From Octopus vulgaris (Eukaryota), in the NCBI GenBank assembly GCA_951406725.2, contig OX597826.1:65348001-65412000 (forward strand): DNA of 64,000 bases, given 5' to 3'. Within the stretch, counting starts at the first letter, position 1, and each line of letters begins with the position of its first letter. Below are positions 40,171 through 53,588 of the stretch, one piece after another. Below the pieces are notes generated by a model. It was not told the origin of the DNA. It searched no databases and saw only the letters and a program-made list of their open reading frames with translations. Position numbers and translations under genes: made by a program.

Positions 40171-40635
40171 ATGTGCTTGCTATCCCATCAATGGAAACAA
40201 CACTGGATAAGGTATATGGCTTAAGAAAGGGACAGCTTTCAAGATTAAATGCTAAATTATGTATCAATAATTCGTTTTTGGATTTGGTTTGCAAGATTCT
40301 TTATATGAGTTCGTATGTTGAAGCATATTCTGTTGTGTCTGGGGAGAGTCATTTTCTTTTTGTGCCTTATTATTCAACACACTCACCAGTAAAATTTCCA
40401 CATATTCCTTATTTTTATTTTCCTAAAATTTTCGTTGCGTGTTGCAACCTTTTCAATAGTTTTGAATAAAGAATATAAACTTTTCAAGTTAGAATAAACA
40501 TAAAATGATGTTTTATGGGTGTCTATTTACATACTACATTTATATGTGCATACATACATACATACATACATACATACATACATACATACATGCATACATG
40601 CATACATATACATATACATATACATATATATATAT

Positions 40636-41620
40636 GGGGGCGGGTGTGCTGAAAGTGTAACTGCTAGAGTAAGAATAGCCTAGGCAAAGTTTAGAGAGCT
40701 CTTACCACTGCTGGTGACAAAAGGCCTCTCGCTCAGAATAAAAGGCAGACTGTATGACGCATGTGTACGAACAGCCATGCTACATGGCAGTGAAACTTGG
40801 GCCGTGACTGCTGAGGATATGCATAAGCTCGCAAGAAATGAAGCCAGTATGCTCCGATGGATGTGTAATGTCAGTGTTCATACTCGACAGAGTGTAAGTA
40901 CCTTGAGAGAAAAGTTGGACCTAAGAAGCATCAGTTGTGGTGTGCAAGAGAGACGTTTGCACTGGTATAGTCATGTAGCGAGAATGGATGAAGATAGTTG
41001 TGTGAAAAAGTGCCACACCCTGGCGGTTGAGGGAACCTGTGGAAGAGGTAGACCTAGGAAAACCTGGGACAAGGTGGTGAAGAACGACCTTCGAACTTTA
41101 GGTCTCACCAAGGAAATGACCAGAGACTGAGACCTTTGAAAGTATGCTGTGAGTGGGAAGACCCGGCAGGACAAGTGAGACCATAACCCGTGGCCTCTAC
41201 CGGGGACGTAGCCAGCCCACTTATGCATACCTTTCCTTCTTGTGACACAAACCCTACTTGTGAAGACCTGTTGAGGCAAGTGAAAATCAAAATCGAAATC
41301 GAAATCGATCAACATGAATGGAAATTGTAGCTGAGATACCAGTGCCGGTGGCAGGTAAGAGAACCATCCGAACGTGGCCGTTGCCAGCGCCACCCTGACT
41401 GGCCTCCGTGCCGGTGGCATGTAAAAAGCACCATCCGACTGGGCCATTGCCAGCCTCGTCTGGCACATGTGCAGGTGGCACATAAAAAGCACCCACTACA
41501 CTCTCGGAGTGGTTGGCGTTAGGAAGGGCATCCAGCTGTAGAAACACTGCCAGATCAGACTGGGCCTGGCACAGCCTTCTGGCTTCCCAGGCCCCAGTTG
41601 AACCGTCCAACCCATGATGA
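40636..41620 (+). mobile_element. 5'-truncated RTE-like LINE (ORF C-terminus plus 3' UTR)
   Basis: Peptides KGRLYDACVRTAMLHGSETW, RRLHWYSHVARM and GRGRPRKTW. The 3' UTR is shared with 2224-2443. Confidence 0.85.
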
Positions 41621-42296
41621 TATATATAATTAAGGAGAGAAGAAAACAAATTCAGAGGCCAATGTATATATTCATTCAATCCATATTAACGAAATTCTCC
41701 ATGGTATACAAATTACATACATAGATGCATTCATCACTATGGTTTTGATGCAAGGGCAATAAAAGCAAAGAATGAAGCAGATTTAGGATGGAGCATTATA
41801 TTTTGATGATGTACTTATCTGCCCTGCAAACTGACGTTTTTGTGCATCACTACAAAACAATTTCTAACTGTGCTTACTCTTATAAATCAGATGTTAAGAT
41901 GTTCTTCCTTTTATATTCATCAGACTTATTGTCTAGACTTCAAGTCATACACTTTTTGATTAAACCTAATAACATAATTTCACCATATAAAATATTTTCT
42001 TATCCCCATTTGTTCTCACACCTATTTTTTACACACTTTGACTACGAAATTTGTATTTTCTCTCTATAATTCAATCTATGGGGGACAAGAACTTCTATTG
42101 CAAAACTTTGTCCATCAAAATTTTCTTTGGGCGTATGCATGAATACTATTGTAGAGTTGACAATATTATTATGTGTGAGGGATAAATAAATAAAGAGAAT
42201 GCTAAAGACAATAAAAATTTACTAAATTAATATACTACCCTATTGAGATTCAGTGGTTATAAATACATAAATATACATATATACTTACCTATCCAC

Positions 42297-42328
<32 letters not shown>

Positions 42329-42331
42329 TAA

Positions 42332-42373
<42 letters not shown>

Positions 42374-42374
<1 letters not shown>

Positions 42375-42702
42375 TCATAGGTGCCCTGGGAATGATAGCG
42401 AAAGGGACTGATTGCTACCTAACTCAGATACCAGGAAACCCCAAACTGGCAGAAATTCAAAAGATAGTGCTCATGGGAACTGCTCATATCCTACGCAAAA
42501 TACTCTCTATGTAATCCCAAGGTTTAAAACAAACTTTTTTTTTTTATGTATTAGACATTCACTAGTACAACACCAAAAAAATCCCCAAATATATGGCACG
42601 CTAGGCATAACAACAACGTGAACTTCCAACCTGTTGTCTCTTGAGGTCTCTGGGTGAGACTTGGAGCCAACTTGTACAGACATAAAGCAAAAGTCAAACA
42701 TA

Positions 42703-42703
<1 letters not shown>
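42374..42703 (+). mobile_element. 3' fragment of R4/Dong subfamily C (copy 50772-51099)
   Basis: Translates VIGALGMIAKGTDCYLTQIPGNPKLAEIQKIVLMGTAHILRKILSM* plus UTR, between (TAA)n runs. Confidence 0.85.
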
Positions 42704-42786
<83 letters not shown>

Positions 42787-42791
42787 TTATA

Positions 42792-43294
42792 AAGTATGGC
42801 CTGGATTGACTATAAAGTATGGCCTGGATTGACTACAAAGTATGGCCTGGATTGACTATAAAGTATGGCCTGGATTGACTACAAAGTACGGCCTGGATTG
42901 ACTACAAAGTATGGCCTGGATTGACTACAAAGTATGGCCTGGATTGACTACAAAGTATGGCCTGGATTGACTATAAAGTATGGCCTGGATTGACTACAAA
43001 GTATGGCCTGGGTTGACTACAAAGTATGGCCTGGATTGACTACAAAGTATGGCCTGGATTGACTACAAAGTATGGCCTGGATTGACTACAAAGTATGGCC
43101 TGGATTGACTACAAAGTATGGCCTGGGTTGACTACAAAGTATGGCCTGGATTGACTACAAAGTATGGCCTGGATTGACTACAAGTATGGCCTGGATTGAC
43201 TACAAAGTATGGCCTGGATTGACTACAAAGTATGGCCTGGATTGACTACAAAGTATGGCCTGGATTGACTACAAAGTATGGCCTGGATTGACTA
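42792..43294 (+). repeat. 23-bp Dong-derived tandem array (~22 units)
   Basis: Same unit as 31236. Confidence 0.95.
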
Positions 43295-45034
43295 TAATAA
43301 AGATCAAATAATGATTAATAAAGCCATAACTGAAGACAGCCACAGAAAGAAGAAAGGCCTCAGTATGGCCTGGATTGACTATAATAAAGATCAACTAATG
43401 ATTAATAAAGCCATAACTGAAGACAGCCACAGAAAGAAGAAAGGCCTCAGTACGGCCTGGATTGACTACAAAAAGGCGTTTGATAGCATCCCCCACACAT
43501 GGATCCTCGAAACACTAGCCATTAACAAAGTAGCACCAACAATCATAAAATTCATAGAGCACTCTATGAATAAATGGCAAACAGTCCTACACCTCCAAAC
43601 AAAAGAGGGACTCATGAAAACCAAAGACATCCCCATTAGAAGAGGAATATTCCAGGGAGACATGCTCTCTCCACTCCTTTTCTGCTTGGCACTGTCACCT
43701 CTATCTGATATGCTAAATAGAACTGGATGCGGATATAAATGTTACGGCAAAACGATCAGCCACCTTTTATATATGGATGACCTAAAACTATACGCTGCAA
43801 ATGACAAACAGCTGGAAACACTATTAAAGACAGTTCATGGATTTACCAAAGAAATAGATATGAAATTTGGATTAGAAAAATGCGCCAAAGTAACCATGAA
43901 AAGAGGAAAACTAGTTAAGAGTAACAACATCACACTAGATAAAACCAATGAAATAAAAGAATTAGACCAAAGCCAAACTTACAAATACTTAGGAATCCAT
44001 GAACTAGATAAGACACAACACACACAAATGAAAGAGAAAATAAAAAAGAATATTATAGACGAGTTAGATCAATACTAAACACAGAGCTCAATGCTAAAAA
44101 CAAGATAATAGGTATCAACACTTTAGCTGTCCCAGTTATAAGTTACAGCTACAATATCCTTAACTGGACACGAAATGAACTGACCAAAATAGATAGGAAA
44201 ACAAGAAAAATAATGACAGGATCTAGGATGCATCACCCAAAATCTGACATAGAAAGACTATATATACAATGTATAGAAGGTGGTAGAGGCCTTATACAGC
44301 TGGAAAACTACTATAAAATAACCACCATAGGACTGCAAAAATATCTACTTCAGAAGGAAGGAAAACTGATCCAGATAGCGGCAAAACACGAGCAAAACAA
44401 AAAACTGTAGTCAGTATTTAAGGAAGCTGACAAATACAAACAAGAAATCATACGACCTAATAAACATGAAGAAGAAGAAGTTGAAGAAACAACAAAAGCT
44501 ATAAAACAAATGAAATCCAAACTAAAAATAGAACAGCAACGAACCATGATAAAACGATGGCAAGAAAAGCCCCTTCATGGTAAATACTGGACTAAACTAA
44601 ACGCAAAAGAAATAGACAAAGAAAAATCCCAGCAATGGTTGAGAAGCTCAGGACTCAAAGCAGAAACAGAGGGATTTTTAATTGCAGCACAAGACCAAAG
44701 CCTCCCCACCAGAAATTACCAAAAACATGTAATGAAAAGAAATATTACAAGTAACTGCAGAATATGTGGAGATGGACAGGAAACAATAAATCATATTATC
44801 TCTAGCTGCCCAGTCCTGGCTAAGAAGGAATATATTCACAGACATGACAGAGTTGGAACCTACATACATTGGAAGCTATGCCAACATTATGGAATAACAA
44901 CAGAAAAAAGATGGTATAGGCACACACCAGAAAAGGTCACAGAAAACGAGAAAGCAACCATACTCTGTGATATGCCGATACACACAGATAGAGAAATTAA
45001 GGCCAACAGACCAGATATAGTTGTCGAGACCATG
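43295..45034 (+). mobile_element. R4/Dong copy B, truncated at both ends, with frameshift and stop
   Basis: Near-identical to copies A and C. Breaks off in the REL domain. Confidence 0.92.
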
Positions 45035-45352
45035 AAGTTCCTGTTATTGTAGGTGCCCTAGGTATAATAAGTTCCTGTTATTGTAGGTGCCCTAGGTATG
45101 ATAAAAAAGGGATGTCAGAAACACCTAGACAATATCCCTGGAAAACCATGTCTCAAGGAAATCCAAAAGATTGTGCTAACAAGTACTGCCCACATCCTTA
45201 GAAAAACCCTATCAATGTAAATGTCTGTGTTTGCATTACATGGAGATATATCTCTACTTCCCCTCCCCAAGCTTTCAGCTATATTTCAACAACTCTTAAC
45301 CTTCACTTGCCCTAGGGCGCTGGGTGTGCCCCGGCAGGTGATTGCATCAAAC
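45035..45352 (+). mobile_element. 3' fragment of R4/Dong subfamily D, with a 34-bp duplication at its 5' end
   Basis: Translates VPVIVGALGMIKKGCQKHLDNIPGKPCLKEIQKIVLTSTAHILRKTLSM* plus UTR and (TAA)n. Confidence 0.85.
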
Positions 45353-45369
45353 ATAATAATAATAATAAT

Positions 45370-45422
<53 letters not shown>

Positions 45423-48075
45423 GTAAAGTTAAGGCAGTACACCAGCTATATAATCTATGAGTAGATAAAGATATTATGGGTTTATCTAAAGAAAAAGAAT
45501 TGCAACTAAGAGTATAATGGGCAAGTTTAGTAATGAATAGACTTATTTAAAGTTGGATTAGATCAAATTGTTTAATTTTATTTATAGTAATAATTTTAAT
45601 CAATCTACTTAGTTTACGTTATTCAACATCATTCAAGTATACACTATTAAGAACAATACAGGGTACTAGTTGTTGAATCAGAGAAAATAATTTCAATAGT
45701 GAGTTATTTATATCAAAAAAGGAATTTTCATTACTTCTACATTAACTCCCGGACAAGATAGGGTTATAATACAGATTTATAGTGTAGGAAATTTCTATGG
45801 ATTTAGATATTTTCTTCTTTATTCTTCAAATTTATGTTTAAGGTTGAATCAGTTTAGCATGTGAAGCTAATGATGGTGAATGGTTAATGGCTCTATATGA
45901 ACCACACTGTCCCTAAATGAATCAAATAGCATGTTTAAGAATCCTTCATTTGAAAATTTATATCTTACTATAATCCCATCAGTGGCATATTGCCTGATAA
46001 ATCTCTATTGGAGTATTACCTGGCAACATGGCAAGTTATATAAACCTCTTATTGCATGTCAAATGATATGCAATGTGTTGATAATAAATTTTGCTGGTAA
46101 AACATGTAATAATTCAACACCCAGTTGGGTGCTTCTAGTAGACTGCATCTCTGCAGTTTTCCCCAGACAATGCATTATTACTTCTACTAAGATATGACCT
46201 GAGAAAATAGTTGGAAATCACCTTAACATTATGGATGGACTTGTGACACGGAGGGCTATTTGTACCCTTTGTTGAGGGAAGCACTCATGTAAAAACACGC
46301 TTGAAAGAAGGTAGTCATTAGGCCATTTGACATTAGGAATCTAGGTTGAAGTCTTCTAGAAGAAATGTGATGGCTGTCATCTAGTTGGTAGTACCTTTTC
46401 CATATTTTAAGGCTCTCTTTGAACAAATCCCTATGATTTGAAGCATCTGGATGATATGTAGTACATATTACTGTTTTGATGACTTGGTTAATATATGCCA
46501 TCACTGTGTCACAGACTGAATATGAGCAAGAGGAAGCTTACAGGTATGGCATCTTCCCGGATGTACACCACAACGCAACCATGAGTTGTTACCTTCAAAA
46601 TACGACATAATTTCGTATGTGTATTTCAGCATCTGTTAAGTCAGCTGGAACACTAGTGTGATGCATGGGGTATCAGAAGAGGCCACTGGTCTGACATATC
46701 TATAAACACTCACACGCACACACATACACACACACTTATATTTGTATGTGTGTGTGTGTGTGTGTGTGTGTGAATCCTTGTCTTCACATCACTTGATGGT
46801 TGCAAACAAGCATCACCATCACACAAGCAAAAGTAGTCTTCTATAAAAAAAAAAAAACATCTGACCATGGGAAAATGTTAAGGCACCAGCACCTGAGAGA
46901 TCTATTTTGGTATAGATTTTATGGCTGGAAGCCCTTCCTAATGCCAACCACTTTACAAAGAGAGCTGGATACTTTTCACATGGTACCAGCACTAGCAAAT
47001 CCTGCTTTGGCATGGCTTTTCATAGTTGGATGCCCTTCAAAATGCCAACCTCTTTACAGTGTGGGCTGTATGCTTTTTACATGGCACAAGCACCAGTGAG
47101 ATCTCCAAGTAACTTGCAAGACAAATATCTTTTGAGAGGGGGAATACTGGATGTGGTGGCTTTGTGCCAGATGATGAGAGATGAGAGTATGACAGAAGGA
47201 AAGAAACTATGGCTACCATAGTTGGGGGGAGAGAGCAAGAGAGAGAGAGAGAGAGAATTATCAAGAATGAGAGAGAGTGAGAGTGGAAGAGAATAAGAGT
47301 GAGAGAGATGGTGGTGATGTGTCAGGGCATACTCCTAAGCTATGGGAATGAGAATATAAATTAGATGGTAGAGCATTATTAATGGTACAAGTGGTGAGTA
47401 GGGAGATCATGTGAATGCAAAGAAAGGGGAAGGTGGAGAATACATAGAGGTGTGGAGGGACAACAGAATAGCAATGATACAGTGGACAGAGACAGAGCAG
47501 TGAGGACATGATTGGACTCTAGGAGTGAGGATGGAGAAATAAGTACTATGCATGAGAAAAGAAGAAATGTGAGGAAGAGAAGGGGAGATGTAGTTTGGTT
47601 TACTGGAGTAGGATGTGTGAAAAATGTTAATGTTTCATCTAAGTGAAACATGCAATGCTTCCGGAACTCAGTTTCACTCAAGTGAGCTAGTCTTCTCAAG
47701 AACCTCATATCATTAGACATCTTGGTTCATTGTCATCTACTCGGTGAGGCCCTCAGAGAATGATTTCCAGCAGCTAAGTTCAAAATATAGAGCAAGCTCA
47801 TACAACACTGTCATACTCTCAGTGTGCATACACAAACATATTATATTAGCCTCTATAGTGTTTCTCCACCTGCAAGATGTAGCAGCCAAATGTGCTTCTG
47901 ATTATACCATTGCCTGAGATATATAGTGTGTAAATAAAAGACAAGGTAGGCTTGGCAGGAATATCTTTGATCATTAATCTACAGAAGTAGAGGCTGAAGC
48001 TGGTATTAAAAAATAAAAATAACAACAGTTAAGAGAACAAAAATCACATAAATCCAATTAAACATCCACTCTCAC

Positions 48076-48159
48076 CTCGTCCATTACTTGTAGCACTTGG
48101 TGTTCTGCTTCTTCGAGCTACAAAGGAAAATACAAGACAAGAAAAAGATAGCGCATTAC
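48076..48159 (-). CDS. Phase-1 exon paralog GNALSFSCLVFSFVARRSRTPSATSNGR (short form 48076-48117)
   Basis: Same splice sites as 36580-36720 without the SAT expansion. Lengths 84 and 42 nt. Confidence 0.55.
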
Positions 48160-50732
48160 CTTAGAAAAAATATAAAACAATAAATACAATAAACAATAAA
48201 ATATATAGTATAATATAGAATACAACGTGGGTGTTATTTTACTTTATATTTACCAACCACTTAGTTTTGGGGTTCAATCCCACTGTATGCCACCATGAGC
48301 AAGTGTCTTCTAGTTTAGCCATGGGCCAATGAAAGACTTATGAGTAGATCTGGTAGATGTAAACCAAAAAAGGCTATCATATATGTATGCAACTACCCTC
48401 TATGTCCAAACTATGTGGCCCCTCCTCCCACTCATCAAATTTCTCTATGACGAGATCCCTAAATCTCTGATCATGTGAAGTGTTCTTTAGCTTCCAAATC
48501 CTTCTTTTCTGCATTGTTCTGCTACTTGACATCCTTCGACCTTGAATCTAAAGTCAATAATGACTAATCTATTCTGGGGGTTACATTCTTCACCCAGGAG
48601 GGTCTTTGTATATTTGTGTAACCCTGTGTACCACAGTCTGGTGAGGATGAAATAAATCTGGCCAGCAGAGTCACGTGATTGATAGGTTATCAAGTGGCTG
48701 CTCGGCTTCCTCAAGTTAGTACTAATAGGTTACATGCATCACAGAACACCAGTAGCCTACTTAGATGCATTTAACATAGTATGAGATGAGCCTCTGATAC
48801 CATGGTAGCGACGATCTTACATTTCAGATCTTAATACAGAGAAGTTCAAGCATGTTTCTACATGTGAGTGCTTATAAATAGATATATGAGTTTCAATCAA
48901 ACACTATCAGGGCATTTGTTGTGGTAGCAGGATTAACTACGTGGATACTGACCTGCAGCAGTCATGCAGACACATTAATTAATACTTTCACACTCGCATT
49001 GGTTATAGCAGAGCTTCACAATATATTGTATAGTCTATAATCATCTTTAAAATGACACCATTTTTCTGCTGTGAAAGATCTCCTCAATTGTGTTGAGAGA
49101 GTGAAAGGAATTTTGAAAACGGTCATCACATGTGATGAATCATGTATCTATGGTTATGACCCTGAAACTATGCTAAAAGTCATACCCCACTACAAATGAA
49201 AATATTTCAATATATTAGGGAAATCCAAGAGAATGTTCCAAGACAGTTCCTTGCTGTCATAACAAAGAAGAACTGAGAATGCTTGCACTAATGCCAGCAA
49301 TGTTGTATGAAGTGTGTAGTTTCAGGAAAGGACTACTTTGGGGGAGATACAGTGTTGACATTATATGTATGTTGTTTTCTTCTTACCATAAGCCACTGTG
49401 AGATTTCATAACACTTTATATATGCATTTGCTACATTAGGAAATCTCTTTGTCTTCATTCAATGTGCAGCTCCCGCAAACATGTCCAATTCAATACCGAA
49501 TTACTTCAAGCAACATTTCCACGGATTTTGTCACAACTCTATTTCACTTCTATCAAGTTCAGATATTAATAATATGAATTCTCCTCTCTGCTGTGTTCTA
49601 CCTTGACCAACTTTCTCATCATTCTCTATGCCCTCAGTTATCTACTATACTTACCACTAAGCCACTTCTGTATATTTAACCATCACCTGCTACATTCACC
49701 ACTTCCCCAACTCTAAACATTTCCCCCAACACTTTTATGTAACATACCCCTCTTTCACCCCTGCCCACTCTAAATGTGCAATCATTTGTCCCACATTCCT
49801 TTATGTTGATGGAAACATAAAGACACGGCTTCCTAAACAACTAATGGACTTCGCTGAAACGAATCAAGTGTCTTTTGGTACTAATTTCGAAATCATGACA
49901 GCAGCTTAACTGGCCTTCCTTTTTGCAATTTTTCAGATGCAAGATGCAATCCTTTTTCACTTACTTTTTCTCCCACCATGCCTGCAAAAATCTAGTGCTA
50001 ATTTTTGTGACTTCGGAGTATTTTGACTCCTACTTTTGGCAACGCTTGCTTGTCAATAGCACCCTCGTTATATATATTTCTTATATATCTAGGTGCAGGA
50101 GTGACTGTGTGGTAAGTAGCTTGCTTACCAACCGCATGGTTCCAGGTTCAGTCCCACTGCATAGCATCTTGGGTAAGTATTCTCAGGCCGGCTAAAGTCT
50201 TGTTAGTGGATTTGGTAGATGGAAACTGAAAGAAGCCCATCATGAGTATATGTGTGTGTGTATATGTTTGTGTGTCTGTGTTTGTCTGAAGTAGCAGCCA
50301 AACCTACTTCTAATCATACTCTAATCTCTTCAGAAATTTACAGAACACATAGCATACAACATGAAAGATATACAGTCTTATTATAAAACAAGATAGATAG
50401 AAGTATAGGCACAAATTGATATTAAAAAATGAAAATAAAAGCAGTCCCCATGTTCAGTATTTTTGCCATCGTTTCTATCATTTTCTCTCTCACCTTCATT
50501 ATTTCCATTTCTATTGCAAAACTTTGTCCATCAAAATTTTCTTTGGGCGTATGCATGAATACTATTGTAGAGTTGACAATATTATTATGTGTGAGGGATA
50601 AATAAATAAAGAGAATGCTAAAGACAATAAAAATTTACTAAATTAATATACTACCCTATTGAGATTCAGTGGTTATAAATACATAAATATACATATATAC
50701 TTACCTATCCACATAATAATAATAATAATTAA

Positions 50733-50772
<40 letters not shown>

Positions 50773-51098
50773 TCATAGGTGCCCTGGGAATGATAGCGAA
50801 AGGGACTGATTGCTACCTAACTCAGATACCAGGAAACCCCAAACTGGCAGAAATTCAAAAGATAGTGCTCATGGGAACTGCTCATATCCTACGCAAAATA
50901 CTCTCTATGTAATCCCAAGGTTTAAAACAAACTTTTTTTTTATGTATTAGACATTCACTAGTACAACACCAAAAAAATCCCCAAATATATGGCATGCTAG
51001 GCATAACAACAACGTGAACTTCCAACCTGTTGTCTCTTGAGGTCTCTGGGTGAGACTTGGAGCCAACTTGTACAGACATAAAGCAAAAGTCAAACATA

Positions 51099-51197
<99 letters not shown>

Positions 51198-51202
51198 TAA
51201 TA

Positions 51203-51428
51203 AAGTATGGCCTGGATTGACTACAAAGTATGGCCTGGATTGACTACAAGTATGGCCTGGATTGACTACAAAGTATGGCCTCGATTGACTATAAAGTATG
51301 GCCTGGATTGACTACAAAGTATGGCCTGGTTTGACTACAAGTATGGCCTGGATTGACTACAAAGTATGGCCTGGGTTGACTACAAAGTATGGCCTGGATT
51401 GACTACAAAGTATGGCCTGGATTGACTA
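51203..51428 (+). repeat. 23-bp Dong-derived tandem array (~10 units)
   Basis: Same unit as 31236. Confidence 0.95.
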
Positions 51429-53466
51429 TAATAAAGATCAACTAATGATTAATAAAGCCATAACTGAAGACAGCCACAGAAAGAAGAAAGGCCTCAGTAC
51501 GGCCTGGATTGACTACAAAAAGGCGTTTGATAGCATCCCCCACACATGGATCCTCGAAACACTAGCCATTAACAAAGTAGCACCAACAATCATAAAATTC
51601 ATAGAGCACTCTATGAATAAATGGCAAACAGTCCTACACCTCCAAACAAAAGAGGGACTCATGAAAACCAAAGACATCCCCATTAGAAGAGGAATATTCC
51701 AGGGAGACATGCTCTCTCCACTCCTTTTCTGCTTGGCACTGTCACCTCTATCTGATATGCTAAATAGAACTGGATGCGGATATAAATGTTACGGCAAAAC
51801 GATCAGCCACCTTTTATATATGGATGACCTAAAACTATACGCTGCAAATGACAAACAGCTGGAAACACTATTAAAGACAGTTCATGGATTTACCAAAGAA
51901 ATAGATATGAAATTTGGATTAGAAAAATGCGCCAAAGTAACCATGAAAAGAGGAAAACTAGTTAAGAGTAACAACATCACACTAGATAAAACCAATGAAA
52001 TAAAAGAATTAGACCAAAGCCAAACTTACAAATACTTAGGAATCCATGAACTAGATAAGACACAACACACACAAATGAAAGAGAAAATAAAATAAGAATA
52101 TTATAGACGAGTTAGATCAATACTAAACACAGAGCTCAATGCTAAAAACAAGATAATAGGTATCAACACTTTAGCTGTCCCAGTTATAAGTTACAGCTAC
52201 AATATCCTTAACTGGACACGAAATGAACTGACCAAAATAGATAGGAAAACAAGAAAAATAATGACAGGATCTAGGATGCATCACCCAAAATCTGACATAG
52301 AAAGACTATATATACAATGTATAGAAGGTGATAGAGGCCTTATACAGCTGGAAAACTACTATAAAATAACCACCATAGGACTGCAAAAATATCTACTTCA
52401 GAAGGAAAACTGATCCAGATAGCGGCAAAACATGAGCAAAACAAAAAACTGTTCTCAGTATTTAAGGAAGCTGACAAATACAAACAAGAAATCATACCAC
52501 CTAATAAACATGAAGAAGAAGAAGTTGAAGAAACAACAAAAGCTATAAAACAAATGAAATCCAAACTAAAAATAGAACAGCAACGAACCATGATAAAACG
52601 ATGGCAAGAAAAGCCCCTTCATGGTAAATACTGGACTAAACTAAACGCAAAAGAAATAGACAAAGAAAAATCCCAGCAATGGTTGAGAAGCTCAGGACTC
52701 AAAGCAGAAACAGAGGGATTTTTAATTGCAGCACAAGACCAAAGCCTCCCCACCAGAAATTACCAAAAACATGTAATGAAAAGAAATATTACAAGTAACT
52801 GCAGAATATGTGGAGATGGACAGGAAACAATAAATCATATTATCTCTAGCTGCCCAGTCCTGGCTAAGAAGGAATATATTCACAGACATGACAGAGTTGG
52901 AACCTACATACATTGGAAGCTATGCCAACATTATGGAATAACAACAGAAAAAAGATGGTATAGGCACACACCAGAAAAGGTCACAGAAAACGAGAAAGCA
53001 ACCATACTCTGGGATATGCCGATACACACAGATAGAGAAATTAAGGACAACAGACCAGATATAGTTGTCAGAGACCATGAAGAAAAAAAATGCTTTCTAA
53101 TTGATGTATCAATACCAGCTGATGACAACGTGTCTCTAAAAGAAATGGAGAAACTCTCAAAATACAAAGACCTGGAAATAGAGGTAACTAGAATGTGGAA
53201 TCTGAAAACAGAAACAATTCCTATCATAGTAGGTGCATTAGGCATGATAAAAAAATATTCAGACAAATACATAACAAAAACACCAGGACTTACAAACACA
53301 TATAACACACAGAAAATTGCACTACTAGGCACTGCACACATCCTACACAGAACACTTTCCATACAATAACCATCAGAGCATCACAACAAATCACAGCACA
53401 TACCCAAGGCACACAGAGCTGCACTCGGTAGTGAAGTGAAAGAACGCTATAAAAATAAAACTACTG
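51429..53466 (+). mobile_element. R4/Dong copy C (stop at ~52093, frameshift ~52405)
   Basis: RT, CCHC and REL motifs. Ends ctactg + (TAA)n. Confidence 0.93.
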
Positions 53467-53470
53467 AATG

Positions 53471-53523
<53 letters not shown>

Positions 53524-53547
53524 CATAATAATGATAATGATAATAAT

Positions 53548-53588
<41 letters not shown>

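Noticed and set aside
40420-40462. Hammerhead on the minus strand (gttgc..gcaac-GAAA)
   Set aside because: The upstream core reads TTGAAAAG rather than CTGAnGA; too degenerate to call.
41720-42295. Extra minus-strand exons (acceptor near 41850, strong gtaagt donor near 42288)
   Set aside because: Could not pair acceptor and donor into an open, phase-compatible exon.
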